The notes beneath the pieces were generated by a model. The model ran no database searches and was not told the origin of the DNA. It saw nothing but the letters and a program-made list of their open reading frames with translations. This document shows, piece after piece, positions 8,758-17,016 of a stretch of 64,000 nt of DNA. The stretch is from assembly GCA_958295535.1 (NCBI GenBank), contig OY282356.1, positions 810,593 through 874,592 on the forward strand. The letters are read 5' to 3'. The number at the start of each line of letters is the position of its first letter. Position 1 is the stretch's first letter. This stretch comes from Gemmatimonadota bacterium. GTDB lineage: Bacteria > Gemmatimonadota > Gemmatimonadetes > Palauibacterales > Palauibacteraceae. The position numbers and the translations under genes are program-made.

Positions 8758-10386
8758 ATGGCCGATAACGCGATGAACGGGTCGGCGATCGAGCTGACGA
8801 TCGACGGCGCCCGGGTGAAGGTCCCGCCGGGCACGCGCGTGATCGACGCGGCGGAGCGAGCGGGCATCGTAGTGCCGCGATACTGCTATCATCCGGGCAT
8901 CCCGAGCCGGCCGGCGCAGTGCAGGGTCTGCCTGGTGGAAGTCGAAGGCCGCCCCAAGCTCGAGCCCTCCTGCACGCTGCCGGCGGCCGACGGGATGGTG
9001 GTCCGAACCGCGAGCGACGTCGTGAGCGAGGCGCGGCGGTCCGTCATCGAGTTCCTGCTCGTGAACCACCCGCTCGACTGTCCGATCTGCGACGCGGCGG
9101 GGCAGTGCATGCTCCAGGACTACGCCTACTCGACGAACCAGCTCGAGAGCAGGGTGAACGAACCCAAGCTGGTCATGGGCCGCGACCGCATCGCCGACGA
9201 TATCCTGTACTTCGCGGATCGCTGCATAATATGCACCTGCTGCGTGCGCTTCATGAGCGATGTCGCCGAAGACAATGTGCTGATCGTCGCCAAGCGCGGG
9301 AGCAAGGCGTACATCGACACCTTCCCCGGCCGGAAGCTCGACAACCCGTTCCAGGGGAATATCGTCGATGCGTGCCCGGTCGGCGCCCTCGTTCACGAGG
9401 ACTTCCTGTTCAAGGCGCGCGCCTGGGACATGGATGCCGCGGCCAGCGTCTGCCCCGGCTGTTCGACGGGCTGCAACGTGATGATCGAAACCAAGGAGAA
9501 CCAGATCGTGCGGCTCAAGCCGCGGTACAACGGCGCGGTCAACTCCTACTGGATGTGCGATCACGGCCGCAGGTGCCTCGTCATGACGAATCGCGGGGTG
9601 CGCGCCGAGACCCCCCTGATCAGAGACGACGATGGCGAACTGCGCCCGGCCGGTTGGGCGGAGGCGCTCGAATGGACGAGGGGGAAGATCGAACAAGCCG
9701 GGTCGCCGGGCGGAGAAGCGATCGTGTCGCCCGGCGCGTCGAACGAGAGCCTCTTCTTTCTGAGGCTCCTGCTCGATCGCCTCGGCATAGAGAGCGCCGG
9801 CTTCAGCGTGCCGCAGGGGGAGACCGCGTCTCTTCCCGGCGTCCCGACCCTGAAGCTGCGCGCCGACCGGGCGCCGAACGTGGCTGGGGCCGAGATGTTC
9901 GGCGGCGAGCGAGCCGATGGCGAGCTCGCCGCGGCCACGGGACGGCCGCGGGACGGCGGCGCGCTCGTCGTGCTGGACGACCAGCTGGACGGCGCCGGCG
10001 ACTCCTTCGGCGAGGGCGAGGGTCTCTTCCTCTACTTCGGCGCCCGGCTCCCCTCCGCCGCGCGCCACGCGGACGCAGTTCTCCCGGTCGCGACCTTCGC
10101 CGAGATGGACGGCACCTTCACGAACGCCGACGGGCGCGTGCAGCGCTTCCATCAGGCGCTCGCGCCGCCGGGGATCGCGCGCCCGGCGTGGATGGTCCTC
10201 AGCCGCCTCTTGGCATCGGGCCGGAACGGGCGCGCGATTTCCGACATCCGCGAGGCGTTCGCCCGGATGGCGGAGTCGACGCCGGCGTTCGCCGGCCTCA
10301 CGTGGGACGGGATCGGTCTGAAGGGCGCGAGCGTCGCGGATTCGCGCGCGGCGGCGCCGGAGGCTCCGGCCGGGACGGCCGGATGA
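8758..10386 (+). CDS. nuoG: NADH-quinone oxidoreductase subunit G (short form, 542 aa)
   Basis: N-terminal 2Fe-2S ferredoxin fold (RYCYHPGIPSRPAQCRVCLVEV), HPLDCPICDAAGQCMLQD, RCIICTCCVRF. Confidence 0.9.
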   Translation: MADNAMNGSAIELTIDGARVKVPPGTRVIDAAERAGIVVPRYCYHPGIPSRPAQCRVCLVEVEGRPKLEPSCTLPAADGMVVRTASDVVSEARRSVIEFLLVNHPLDCPICDAAGQCMLQDYAYSTNQLESRVNEPKLVMGRDRIADDILYFADRCIICTCCVRFMSDVAEDNVLIVAKRGSKAYIDTFPGRKLDNPFQGNIVDACPVGALVHEDFLFKARAWDMDAAASVCPGCSTGCNVMIETKENQIVRLKPRYNGAVNSYWMCDHGRRCLVMTNRGVRAETPLIRDDDGELRPAGWAEALEWTRGKIEQAGSPGGEAIVSPGASNESLFFLRLLLDRLGIESAGFSVPQGETASLPGVPTLKLRADRAPNVAGAEMFGGERADGELAAATGRPRDGGALVVLDDQLDGAGDSFGEGEGLFLYFGARLPSAARHADAVLPVATFAEMDGTFTNADGRVQRFHQALAPPGIARPAWMVLSRLLASGRNGRAISDIREAFARMAESTPAFAGLTWDGIGLKGASVADSRAAAPEAPAGTAG

Positions 10387-11633
10387 GCCCGGTCTCCGGA
10401 GACGCCTTCGCTGTCGCCACGCTGGCCAAGGCCATCGTCTTCTTCACGGTTCTCATGCTCGCCGTCATGCTGGCGACGATCTTCGAACGCAAGGTGGCCG
10501 GCTTCATTCAGGACCGGAGCGGTCCCAACCGGGTCGGCCCGTGGGGATTGCTCCAGGTTATCGCCGACGGCCTGAAGAATCTGATCAAGGAAGAAACGAT
10601 GCCGGCGCAGGCCATCAAGCCCTTCTTCCTCCTCGCGCCGATGCTGGCGATCTTGCCCGCGACGATCCTCTTCGCCGTCATCCCCTTCGGCTCGCCGCTG
10701 CCGACGCAGTGGGGGCTGGTCGAGATGATCGTGGCCGACGTGCCCATCGGCGTCCTCTACGTGCTCGCCATCGGCTCGATCGGCGTCTACGGGGTGGCGA
10801 TGGGCGGCTGGGCCTCGGGCTCCAAGTACTCGCTGCTCGGAGGTCTGCGCGGCTCGGCGCAGATGATCAGCTACGAGGTCGCGCTCGCGCTCAGCTTCGT
10901 GCCGCTCATCCTCCTCAGCGGCGATGTCCGGGCTCCCGAGATCGTCTCGATGCAGCAAGGCTTCGCCGCCGGGCCCGCCACGTACTCGACCTGGTTCATC
11001 TTTCCGCTCCTCGTCGGCCTCTTCTTCTTCTTCGTCTCCGGCCTGGCCGAAACCAACCGCCTGCCCTTCGATCTTCCGGAAGCGGAGGCGGAGCTCATCA
11101 CCGGGTATCACACGGAGTACTCGGCGATGAAGTTCTCAATGTTCATGATCGGGGAGTTCGCGCACGTCATAACGGTCGGGGCTCTCGTGACCGTCTTCTT
11201 CCTGGGAGGGTGGGACATCCCCTTCTGGCAAGGAGACAACATCCGCGTCCTCTCGGACGGGATGGTGATCGGCGATCCCGCGTGGTGGAAGACGCTGCTT
11301 ACGCTCGCGGCGTTCTCGATCAAGACTGCGCTGGTCGTCCTGGTGTTCGTGTGGATCAGGTGGACTCTGCCGCGATTCCGTTACGATCAGCTCATGGATC
11401 TTGGCTGGAAGTTCATGCTGGAGGCGGTGACGGTCTATATCCTCATCATCGCATTCGTGATTCTCGGGATAGAGGCCGTAGGCATTCCCCGCGGAGGGTG
11501 GTATGCGTTCGTGCTCTTCCTGGTGAATCTGGTTCTGGCTTCGGCGCTCCTTTTCGCGCTGGACCGGGGGACGCTCATTAGCGGAGCTTCCAAGCGCCGC
11601 GGCTCATCTGGCTTGAAAGCGGGAGGGGAGTAG
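10383..11633 (+). CDS. nuoH: NADH-quinone oxidoreductase subunit H
   Basis: ERKVAGFIQDRSGPNRVGPWGLLQVIADGLK...GWASGSKYSLLGGLRGSAQMISYEV...ETNRLPFDLPEAEAELITGYHTEYS. The ATG overlaps the nuoG stop (ATGA). Confidence 0.95.
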   Translation: MSPVSGDAFAVATLAKAIVFFTVLMLAVMLATIFERKVAGFIQDRSGPNRVGPWGLLQVIADGLKNLIKEETMPAQAIKPFFLLAPMLAILPATILFAVIPFGSPLPTQWGLVEMIVADVPIGVLYVLAIGSIGVYGVAMGGWASGSKYSLLGGLRGSAQMISYEVALALSFVPLILLSGDVRAPEIVSMQQGFAAGPATYSTWFIFPLLVGLFFFFVSGLAETNRLPFDLPEAEAELITGYHTEYSAMKFSMFMIGEFAHVITVGALVTVFFLGGWDIPFWQGDNIRVLSDGMVIGDPAWWKTLLTLAAFSIKTALVVLVFVWIRWTLPRFRYDQLMDLGWKFMLEAVTVYILIIAFVILGIEAVGIPRGGWYAFVLFLVNLVLASALLFALDRGTLISGASKRRGSSGLKAGGE

Positions 11634-11635
11634 AC

Positions 11636-12133
11636 ATGCCGGGAGAAGTCAAGGTAGTGGAAAGGCCCCGTTCGGAGGGTTCGTACATCAAGGCTGCGGC
11701 CAAGGGGATGTCGATCACGCTGAAGCACCTCCTGCATCCCCACAAGAAGACGCAGCAGTACCCGGACGAGAAGTGGGAGCTGGCCCCCCGGACGCGAGGC
11801 ACCCACCGGATGGCCGTGCACGAGGATGGGCGGGCCAAGTGCGTCGCGTGCGGCCTGTGTCCGACGGTGTGCCCCGTGAACTGCATCAAGCTGGTGCCGG
11901 CGGAAGACGAGAACGGCGAGCGCTACGCGGCGATCTACGAGATAGACGAGTTCCGCTGCATCTTCTGCGGCTACTGCCAGGAAGTGTGCCCGGTCGAGGC
12001 CATTCACCTCGGCGTTCACTACGAGAACGCGGAGTACTCCCGCGAGCGGTGGGTCTACGACCTGGAACGTCTCACGGAGCAGGAGCACGACGTCACGGCG
12101 CTCTGGGATCCCTCGGATCCTGCGTCTCAATGA
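11636..12133 (+). CDS. nuoI: NADH-quinone oxidoreductase subunit I
   Basis: Two 4Fe-4S motifs, CVACGLCPTVCP and CIFCGYCQEVCP. Confidence 0.95.
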   Translation: MPGEVKVVERPRSEGSYIKAAAKGMSITLKHLLHPHKKTQQYPDEKWELAPRTRGTHRMAVHEDGRAKCVACGLCPTVCPVNCIKLVPAEDENGERYAAIYEIDEFRCIFCGYCQEVCPVEAIHLGVHYENAEYSRERWVYDLERLTEQEHDVTALWDPSDPASQ

Positions 12134-12654
12134 TCTACGACTTCCTCTTCCAGACATTCGCGGCGAGCGCCATTCTGGGGGCGATCATCATGGTCACCCG
12201 CCGAAATCCGGTGACGGCGGTGATCTTTCTGGTCGGGGTCTTCTTCGCGGCGTCGGGGATGTTCCTCATGCTGGACGCGCACTACATCGCGGCGATCAAC
12301 GTGATCCTGTACGGGGGAGCCATCATGGTCCTCTTCCTCTTCGTGATCATGCTTCTCAACCTCGGCCACGCCGAATGGAGCGACCTGCGGGGGCCGCTCG
12401 GAGGCTTGGTCGGGGGTTCCATCGCGATAGCCTTTCTGGGCACCCTCACGCGGCTCTTCGGAGCTACCGGCGGGAGGCCCGCGGTGGAGGCGGCCGGCGA
12501 AGCGCTCCGGGCCGCGGCGGCAGAGCAGGGAGTGGTGGGCGTCGTGGCTAGACCGCTCTTCCAGGAGTACACGATCGTGCTCCAGGTCACTGGCATCCTG
12601 CTGCTCGCGTCCATCGTCGGCACGATCCTTCTCGCCGGGAAAGAGCGAGCGTGA
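12130..12654 (+). CDS. nuoJ: NADH-quinone oxidoreductase subunit J
   Basis: [28 protein letters not shown]...[25 protein letters not shown] overlap with nuoI. Confidence 0.9.
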   Translation: MIYDFLFQTFAASAILGAIIMVTRRNPVTAVIFLVGVFFAASGMFLMLDAHYIAAINVILYGGAIMVLFLFVIMLLNLGHAEWSDLRGPLGGLVGGSIAIAFLGTLTRLFGATGGRPAVEAAGEALRAAAAEQGVVGVVARPLFQEYTIVLQVTGILLLASIVGTILLAGKERA

Positions 12655-12992
12655 GCGCGGGCGCGAGCGAAGCCGGCGCGTTGGCCGGTCTCGGCATCCA
12701 CGGGCTGATCGCCCTCTTCACGAGCGCGATCCTCTTCTCGATCGGCGTTATCGGCGTGCTGATCCGGCGGAACGCGATCATCGTCTTCATGTGCGTCGAG
12801 CTGATGCTCACCGCGGCGAACATCGCGCTCGTGGTCTTCTCCAGGCTGCACGGCATGGAGGGGCAGATACTCGTGTTCTTCGTGATGGCCGTCGCCGCTG
12901 CCGAGGCGGCCGTGGGCCTGGCGATCATCATCGCCGTCTTCCGCCACTACGAAGTCGTCGATCTGGACCGCTTCCGGCTGCTCAGATGGTGA
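12651..12992 (+). CDS. nuoK: NADH-quinone oxidoreductase subunit K
   Basis: [30 protein letters not shown]...[20 protein letters not shown] overlaps the nuoJ stop. Confidence 0.95.
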   Translation: MSAGASEAGALAGLGIHGLIALFTSAILFSIGVIGVLIRRNAIIVFMCVELMLTAANIALVVFSRLHGMEGQILVFFVMAVAAAEAAVGLAIIIAVFRHYEVVDLDRFRLLRW

Positions 12993-13250
12993 TGGCCGGG
13001 GCCGGAATCCAGGAGGGGGCGGCAACGATCCGCCGATTCCGACCGCGGACGACGCTCGGATGGCGATGACCGGGGCCGGAATCCAGGAGGGGGCGGTAAC
13101 GATCCGCCGATTCCGACCGCAGACGACGCTCGGATGGCGATGACCGGGGCCGGAATCCGGAAGGGGGCGGCAACGATCCGCCGATTCCGACCGCAGACGA
13201 CGCTCGGATGGCGATGACCGGAGCCGGAATCCAGGAGGGGGCGGCGGCCA
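12983..13250. repeat. 74-nt tandem repeat, about 3.6 copies, filling the nuoK-nuoL junction
   Basis: Units start at 12983, 13057, 13131 and 13205: C(A/G)GATGG(T/C)GATG(G/A)CCGG(G/A)GCCGGAATCC(A/G)G(G/A)AGGGGGCGG... Each copy reproduces the nuoL start codon context and first roughly 12 codons. Confidence 0.95.
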
Positions 13251-15301
13251 CGGGGGCGTTCCACCCGTTCCTCCCCGCGCTGATCCTGCTCCTGCCCCTC
13301 TTGGGGGCCATCGTGAACGGGGCGGGGGCCTTTCTCTGGCGCGGCAACAAGTCGGTGCCGTCGCTCGTCGGTCCGGCGGCTCTCGTCGGCTCGTTCGCGG
13401 TCGTGCTTCTCAACTTCATCGGCATGGCGGGCGCGGACATGCACGGGGCGGAAGTCGTCCGCCTCTGGAGCTGGATCGAGTCGGGGGATCTCCGGGTGGG
13501 AGCCGATCTGCACTTCGACCAGCTCTCGATGCTGATGTGCATGATCGTGACCGGCGTAGGCAGCCTGATCCACATCTACTCGGTGGGCTACATGCGCGAC
13601 GACCCGGGCTACTCGCGCTACTTCTCCTATCTGAACCTGTTCGTCTTCTTCATGCTCCTCCTCGTGCTCGGGGCCAACCTGCCGCTGATGTTCGTCGGTT
13701 GGGAGGGGGTGGGTCTCTGTTCCTACCTTCTAATCGGCTTCTGGTACGAGCGCCGGGAGTTCGCGAACGCCGGCAAGAAGGCGTTCATCATGAACCGGAT
13801 CGGCGACGCGGGCTTCCTGGTCGCCATCTTCCTCGTCTTCGTGACCTTCGGGACGCTCGACTTCGTGCCGATCCTCGAGGCGGCTCCCGACGAACTGAAG
13901 TACGGGGGGGCTCTGGCGACGGGCATCACGCTCCTGTTCTTCCTGGGGTGCACCGGGAAGTCGGCCCAGATTCCGCTCTACACCTGGCTGCCGGATGCCA
14001 TGGCGGGCCCGACTCCGGTCTCGGCGCTCATTCACGCGGCCACGATGGTCACCGCGGGCGTGTACCTGATCGCGCGCACGAGCGTGCTCTTCGCGCTGGC
14101 GCCGGTCTCCCAGGTCGTCGTGGCGGCGGTCGGGGCGGGAACGGCGCTCTTCGCGGCGTCGATCGCGCTCCAGCAGCACGACATCAAGAAGGTCTTGGCC
14201 TACTCGACGATCTCGCAGCTCGGCTACATGTTTCTCGCCGTGGGGGTCGGGGCGTTCACGGCGGGGGTGTTTCACCTGATGACGCACGCCTTCTTCAAGG
14301 GACTCCTCTTCCTGGGCGCCGGGGCGGTCATTCATTCGGTCCATCACGCGCTGGAGCGCCGGGGCGGCGGCCACGGAGAGGAGGGCGGCGGCGAGGCGAC
14401 TGCCGATGGGGAAGCTGCCGCAGACCCCAACGACATGCGGATCTACGGCGGCTTGCGAGCCTTCATGCCGAAGACTTGGGCCTTCATGTGGATCGCCACT
14501 CTGGCTATCGCGGGAGTCCCCCCGCTGGCCGGCTTCTTCTCGAAGGACGAGATCATCTGGTACGCGGGCGCGTACGGGCAGACCGTGCTCTGGTGCGTCG
14601 CGCTGGCCGCCGCCGTGCTGACCGCGATCTACATGACGCGCCTGATGGTGATGACCTTCCACGGCGAGAACCGGACCTTCGGCCGAGGCGGAGCGGGCGG
14701 CGCGGCCCGCCGCCTCCTGCACGAGGCGCCCGCCGTAATGTGGGTGCCGCTGGCCGTGCTGGCCGTCCTCTCGGCGACTGGAGGGTGGCTCAATATCCCG
14801 GATGCGCTCCCGCTGCTTCCGGGGGTCGACTGGCTGCACCACTGGCTCGAGCCCGTCTTCGAACCGGCGGCCGCCCTGGCGGAAGCGCAGGGGATCGCGG
14901 CGGCCCACCATGCGCCGGCCGGGGGCGGCGAGGGGCTGTGGGCCGTGATATCGGGCGTCGTCGCGACCGGGGCGGTGATCCTTACCGCGCGGGCGTTGCT
15001 CCGGAAGAGAGCGCCCGCCAGAGGCGAGGCGCCGCCCACGGCCGGCCTGGCCCGCGTCCTGCGCCACGGCTGGTTCGTCGATGAGTTCTACGACCGCGCG
15101 ATCGTCAGGCCTTCTCTCGCTCTCTGGCGCGGCTGCTGGAAGATAGCGGACGCCGCGCTGATAGACGGTCTCGTGAATGGCGCCGGACGCGGGCTCGCCC
15201 TGCTCGGGTGGGCCGGAGCGCAGCTGCAGAGCGGACGGGTGACGACCTATCTCGTCGTCTTCATGCTCGGCGCCTTGCTCGTCCTGGGCGTGCTGTCATG
15301 A
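13208..15301 (+). CDS. nuoL: NADH-quinone oxidoreductase subunit L
   Basis: 697 aa antiporter-like subunit (WEGVGLCSYLLIGFWY...AFIMNRIGDAGF...PLYTWLPDAMAGPTPVSALIHAATMVTAGVY). The alternative start ATG 13214 forms ATGA with the upstream mini-ORF stop. Confidence 0.95.
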   Translation: MAMTGAGIQEGAAATGAFHPFLPALILLLPLLGAIVNGAGAFLWRGNKSVPSLVGPAALVGSFAVVLLNFIGMAGADMHGAEVVRLWSWIESGDLRVGADLHFDQLSMLMCMIVTGVGSLIHIYSVGYMRDDPGYSRYFSYLNLFVFFMLLLVLGANLPLMFVGWEGVGLCSYLLIGFWYERREFANAGKKAFIMNRIGDAGFLVAIFLVFVTFGTLDFVPILEAAPDELKYGGALATGITLLFFLGCTGKSAQIPLYTWLPDAMAGPTPVSALIHAATMVTAGVYLIARTSVLFALAPVSQVVVAAVGAGTALFAASIALQQHDIKKVLAYSTISQLGYMFLAVGVGAFTAGVFHLMTHAFFKGLLFLGAGAVIHSVHHALERRGGGHGEEGGGEATADGEAAADPNDMRIYGGLRAFMPKTWAFMWIATLAIAGVPPLAGFFSKDEIIWYAGAYGQTVLWCVALAAAVLTAIYMTRLMVMTFHGENRTFGRGGAGGAARRLLHEAPAVMWVPLAVLAVLSATGGWLNIPDALPLLPGVDWLHHWLEPVFEPAAALAEAQGIAAAHHAPAGGGEGLWAVISGVVATGAVILTARALLRKRAPARGEAPPTAGLARVLRHGWFVDEFYDRAIVRPSLALWRGCWKIADAALIDGLVNGAGRGLALLGWAGAQLQSGRVTTYLVVFMLGALLVLGVLS

Positions 15302-17016
15302 CGTCGCTGTACGACGGCCACTGGATCCTGACGGCTCTGCTGGGCCTTCCGCTCCTCGGCGCGGCGGCGTGTCTGATGGTCCCGGAGCGACGCGCGAAGG
15401 TGGTCGCTCTCGCCACGACCGCCTTCCTGTTCGTCCTCTCGCTGCCGCTCTTCTGGACCTTCGACCAGGCGGAGCCCGGCTTCCAGAATCTCGTTTCGGC
15501 ACCGTGGATCGAAGCGTGGGGGATTTCGTATGCCGTGGGCGTGGACGGGATATCGATCCTCATGGTTCTGCTCACGACCTTCATCATGCCGTTCGCGGTG
15601 GCCGGGTCGTTCGCCCACGTGCGCCAGCGAGAGCGGGCCTTCTACGCCATGCTCCTCTTCCTGATGACCGGGATGATCGGCGTCTTCGTGGCTCTCGATC
15701 TCTTCCTCTTCTACGTCTTCTGGGAGATCATGCTGATTCCGATGTACTTCCTCATCGGGGTTTGGGGCGGCAAGCGGCGCATCTACTCGGCTGTCAAGTT
15801 CTTCCTCTATACGGCGGCCGGTTCGCTGCTGATGCTGGTCGCGATAGTGACGCTGGCGCGGCTTGCCCAGGAGGGCGGCGGAGGAGGGTGGAGCTTCGCC
15901 TACGAGGACATGCTGTCGCTGAATCTCGGGTACCGCATGCAGCTGTGGCTCTTCGCGGGCTTCGCGATCGCGTTCGCGATCAAGGTTCCCCTCTTCCCAT
16001 TCCACACATGGTTGCCGGATGCGCACGTCGAGGCGCCGACGGCCGGATCGGTGATCCTGGCCGGGGTGCTCCTGAAGATGGGGGCGTACGGCTTCCTGCG
16101 CTTCGGCCTTCCGCTCTTCCCGGCAGCGGCGACGGACCCGGCCGTGGTGAACGCGATGTTGGCGCTCGGCCTCGCCGGCATTCTGTATGCCGCCTGGGTC
16201 GCGGCCGTTCAGCCGGATGCCAAGAAGTTGATCGCGTACACCTCCGTCGCCCACCTCGGCTTCGTCGTCCTGGGCGTGTTCGGGCTCACCAGCCAGGGGA
16301 TCGAAGGGGGCATTCTCCAGATGGTGAACCACGGGATATCCACCGGTGCGCTCTTCCTGCTCGTGGGGATGCTCTACGAGCGCCGGGGAACGCGCCGGAT
16401 CGAGGACTTCGGCGGGATAGCCAAGGTGATGCCCCTCTTCGCGTTCGCGCTGGTGGTGGTCGCGCTTTCTTCGATCGGATTGCCCGGCACCAACGGCTTC
16501 GTGGGCGAATTCCTGATCCTTCTCGGCACATTCCGCAGCCACCCGTGGATCGCCGCCATAGCGACGACGGGAGTCATATTCGCCGCCTGCTACATGTTGC
16601 CCATGGTGCAGCGGATTCTCTTCAACTCGCTGGCGCGGGAAGAGAATCGCGCGCTCGCCGACATCGACCTCCGGGAGCGGCTGATCCTGGCGCCGCTGCT
16701 CGCGCTCATCATCCTGGTCGGCGTCTGGCCGAATCCATTTCTGAACCGGACGCGCGCTTCGACCGAGGCGCTCATACAGCATGTGCAGGAGGGCGCGGCG
16801 AGCGGGCCCGCGGCAACCGCGGCAGGGGCCGCCACCGCGGGCTTCGCCATTGCGCCGTCATGGGAAGCTGCCGGTCGAACCGGGCCTGAGGCGGCGGGGA
16901 GCGGCCAGTCGGCGGCAACCGCGGCAGGGGCGGCCGCCCCAAGCTTTGCCGGCGCGCCGTCGTCGGAAGCCGCCGCCGGGCGAACCGGGTCTCCCGATGG
17001 GGGAGGCGCGAGGTGA
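15298..17016 (+). CDS. nuoM: NADH-quinone oxidoreductase subunit M, with a repeat-bearing C-terminal extension
   Basis: FYVFWEIMLIPMYFLIGVWGG...FPFHTWLPDAHVEAPTAGSVILAGVLLKMG. ATG 15298 overlaps the nuoL stop (ATGA). Confidence 0.95.
   Translation: MTSLYDGHWILTALLGLPLLGAAACLMVPERRAKVVALATTAFLFVLSLPLFWTFDQAEPGFQNLVSAPWIEAWGISYAVGVDGISILMVLLTTFIMPFAVAGSFAHVRQRERAFYAMLLFLMTGMIGVFVALDLFLFYVFWEIMLIPMYFLIGVWGGKRRIYSAVKFFLYTAAGSLLMLVAIVTLARLAQEGGGGGWSFAYEDMLSLNLGYRMQLWLFAGFAIAFAIKVPLFPFHTWLPDAHVEAPTAGSVILAGVLLKMGAYGFLRFGLPLFPAAATDPAVVNAMLALGLAGILYAAWVAAVQPDAKKLIAYTSVAHLGFVVLGVFGLTSQGIEGGILQMVNHGISTGALFLLVGMLYERRGTRRIEDFGGIAKVMPLFAFALVVVALSSIGLPGTNGFVGEFLILLGTFRSHPWIAAIATTGVIFAACYMLPMVQRILFNSLAREENRALADIDLRERLILAPLLALIILVGVWPNPFLNRTRASTEALIQHVQEGAASGPAATAAGAATAGFAIAPSWEAAGRTGPEAAGSGQSAATAAGAAAPSFAGAPSSEAAAGRTGSPDGGGAR
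16810..17013 (+). repeat. In-frame 102-nt (34-aa) tandem duplication at the nuoM 3' end
   Basis: GCGGCAACCGCGGCAGGGGC starts both units (16810 and 16912). At the protein level: AATAAGAATAGFAIAPSWEAAGRTGP... / AATAAGAAAPSFAGAPSSEAAAGRTGS... Confidence 0.8.

Noticed and set aside
4449-10152. Very long minus-strand ORFs (877 aa at 4449..7082, 1000 aa at 7150..10152; similar ones at 15247..16782, 16590..18179, 24948..26852, 26356..27735, 42152..43678 and 46333..48069)
   Set aside because: They lie antisense to unmistakable conserved genes (nuoB-H, nuoM/N, fabD/G/F, the GT genes). Their translations are Arg/Pro/Gly-rich with no recognisable motifs. This is the usual stop-codon-poor antisense frame of a high-GC genome.
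5795-11633. Long 5' extensions of the track ORFs that contain nuoE, nuoF and nuoH (5795.., 6763.., 8919..); the same applies to the ORFs containing sucD, fabD, purE, ispF, kdsA, kdsC, rpoN, gpsA and plsY
   Set aside because: The conserved protein begins well inside each ORF, at a start codon that overlaps or directly follows the upstream stop. The extensions overlap the preceding conserved gene in another frame.
12983-13250. Regularly spaced repeats considered as a CRISPR array (the same applies to 2776..2957)
   Set aside because: The units abut each other with no unique spacers. They are diverged copies of the flanking gene ends, number only 2.5-3.6, and no cas genes are present.
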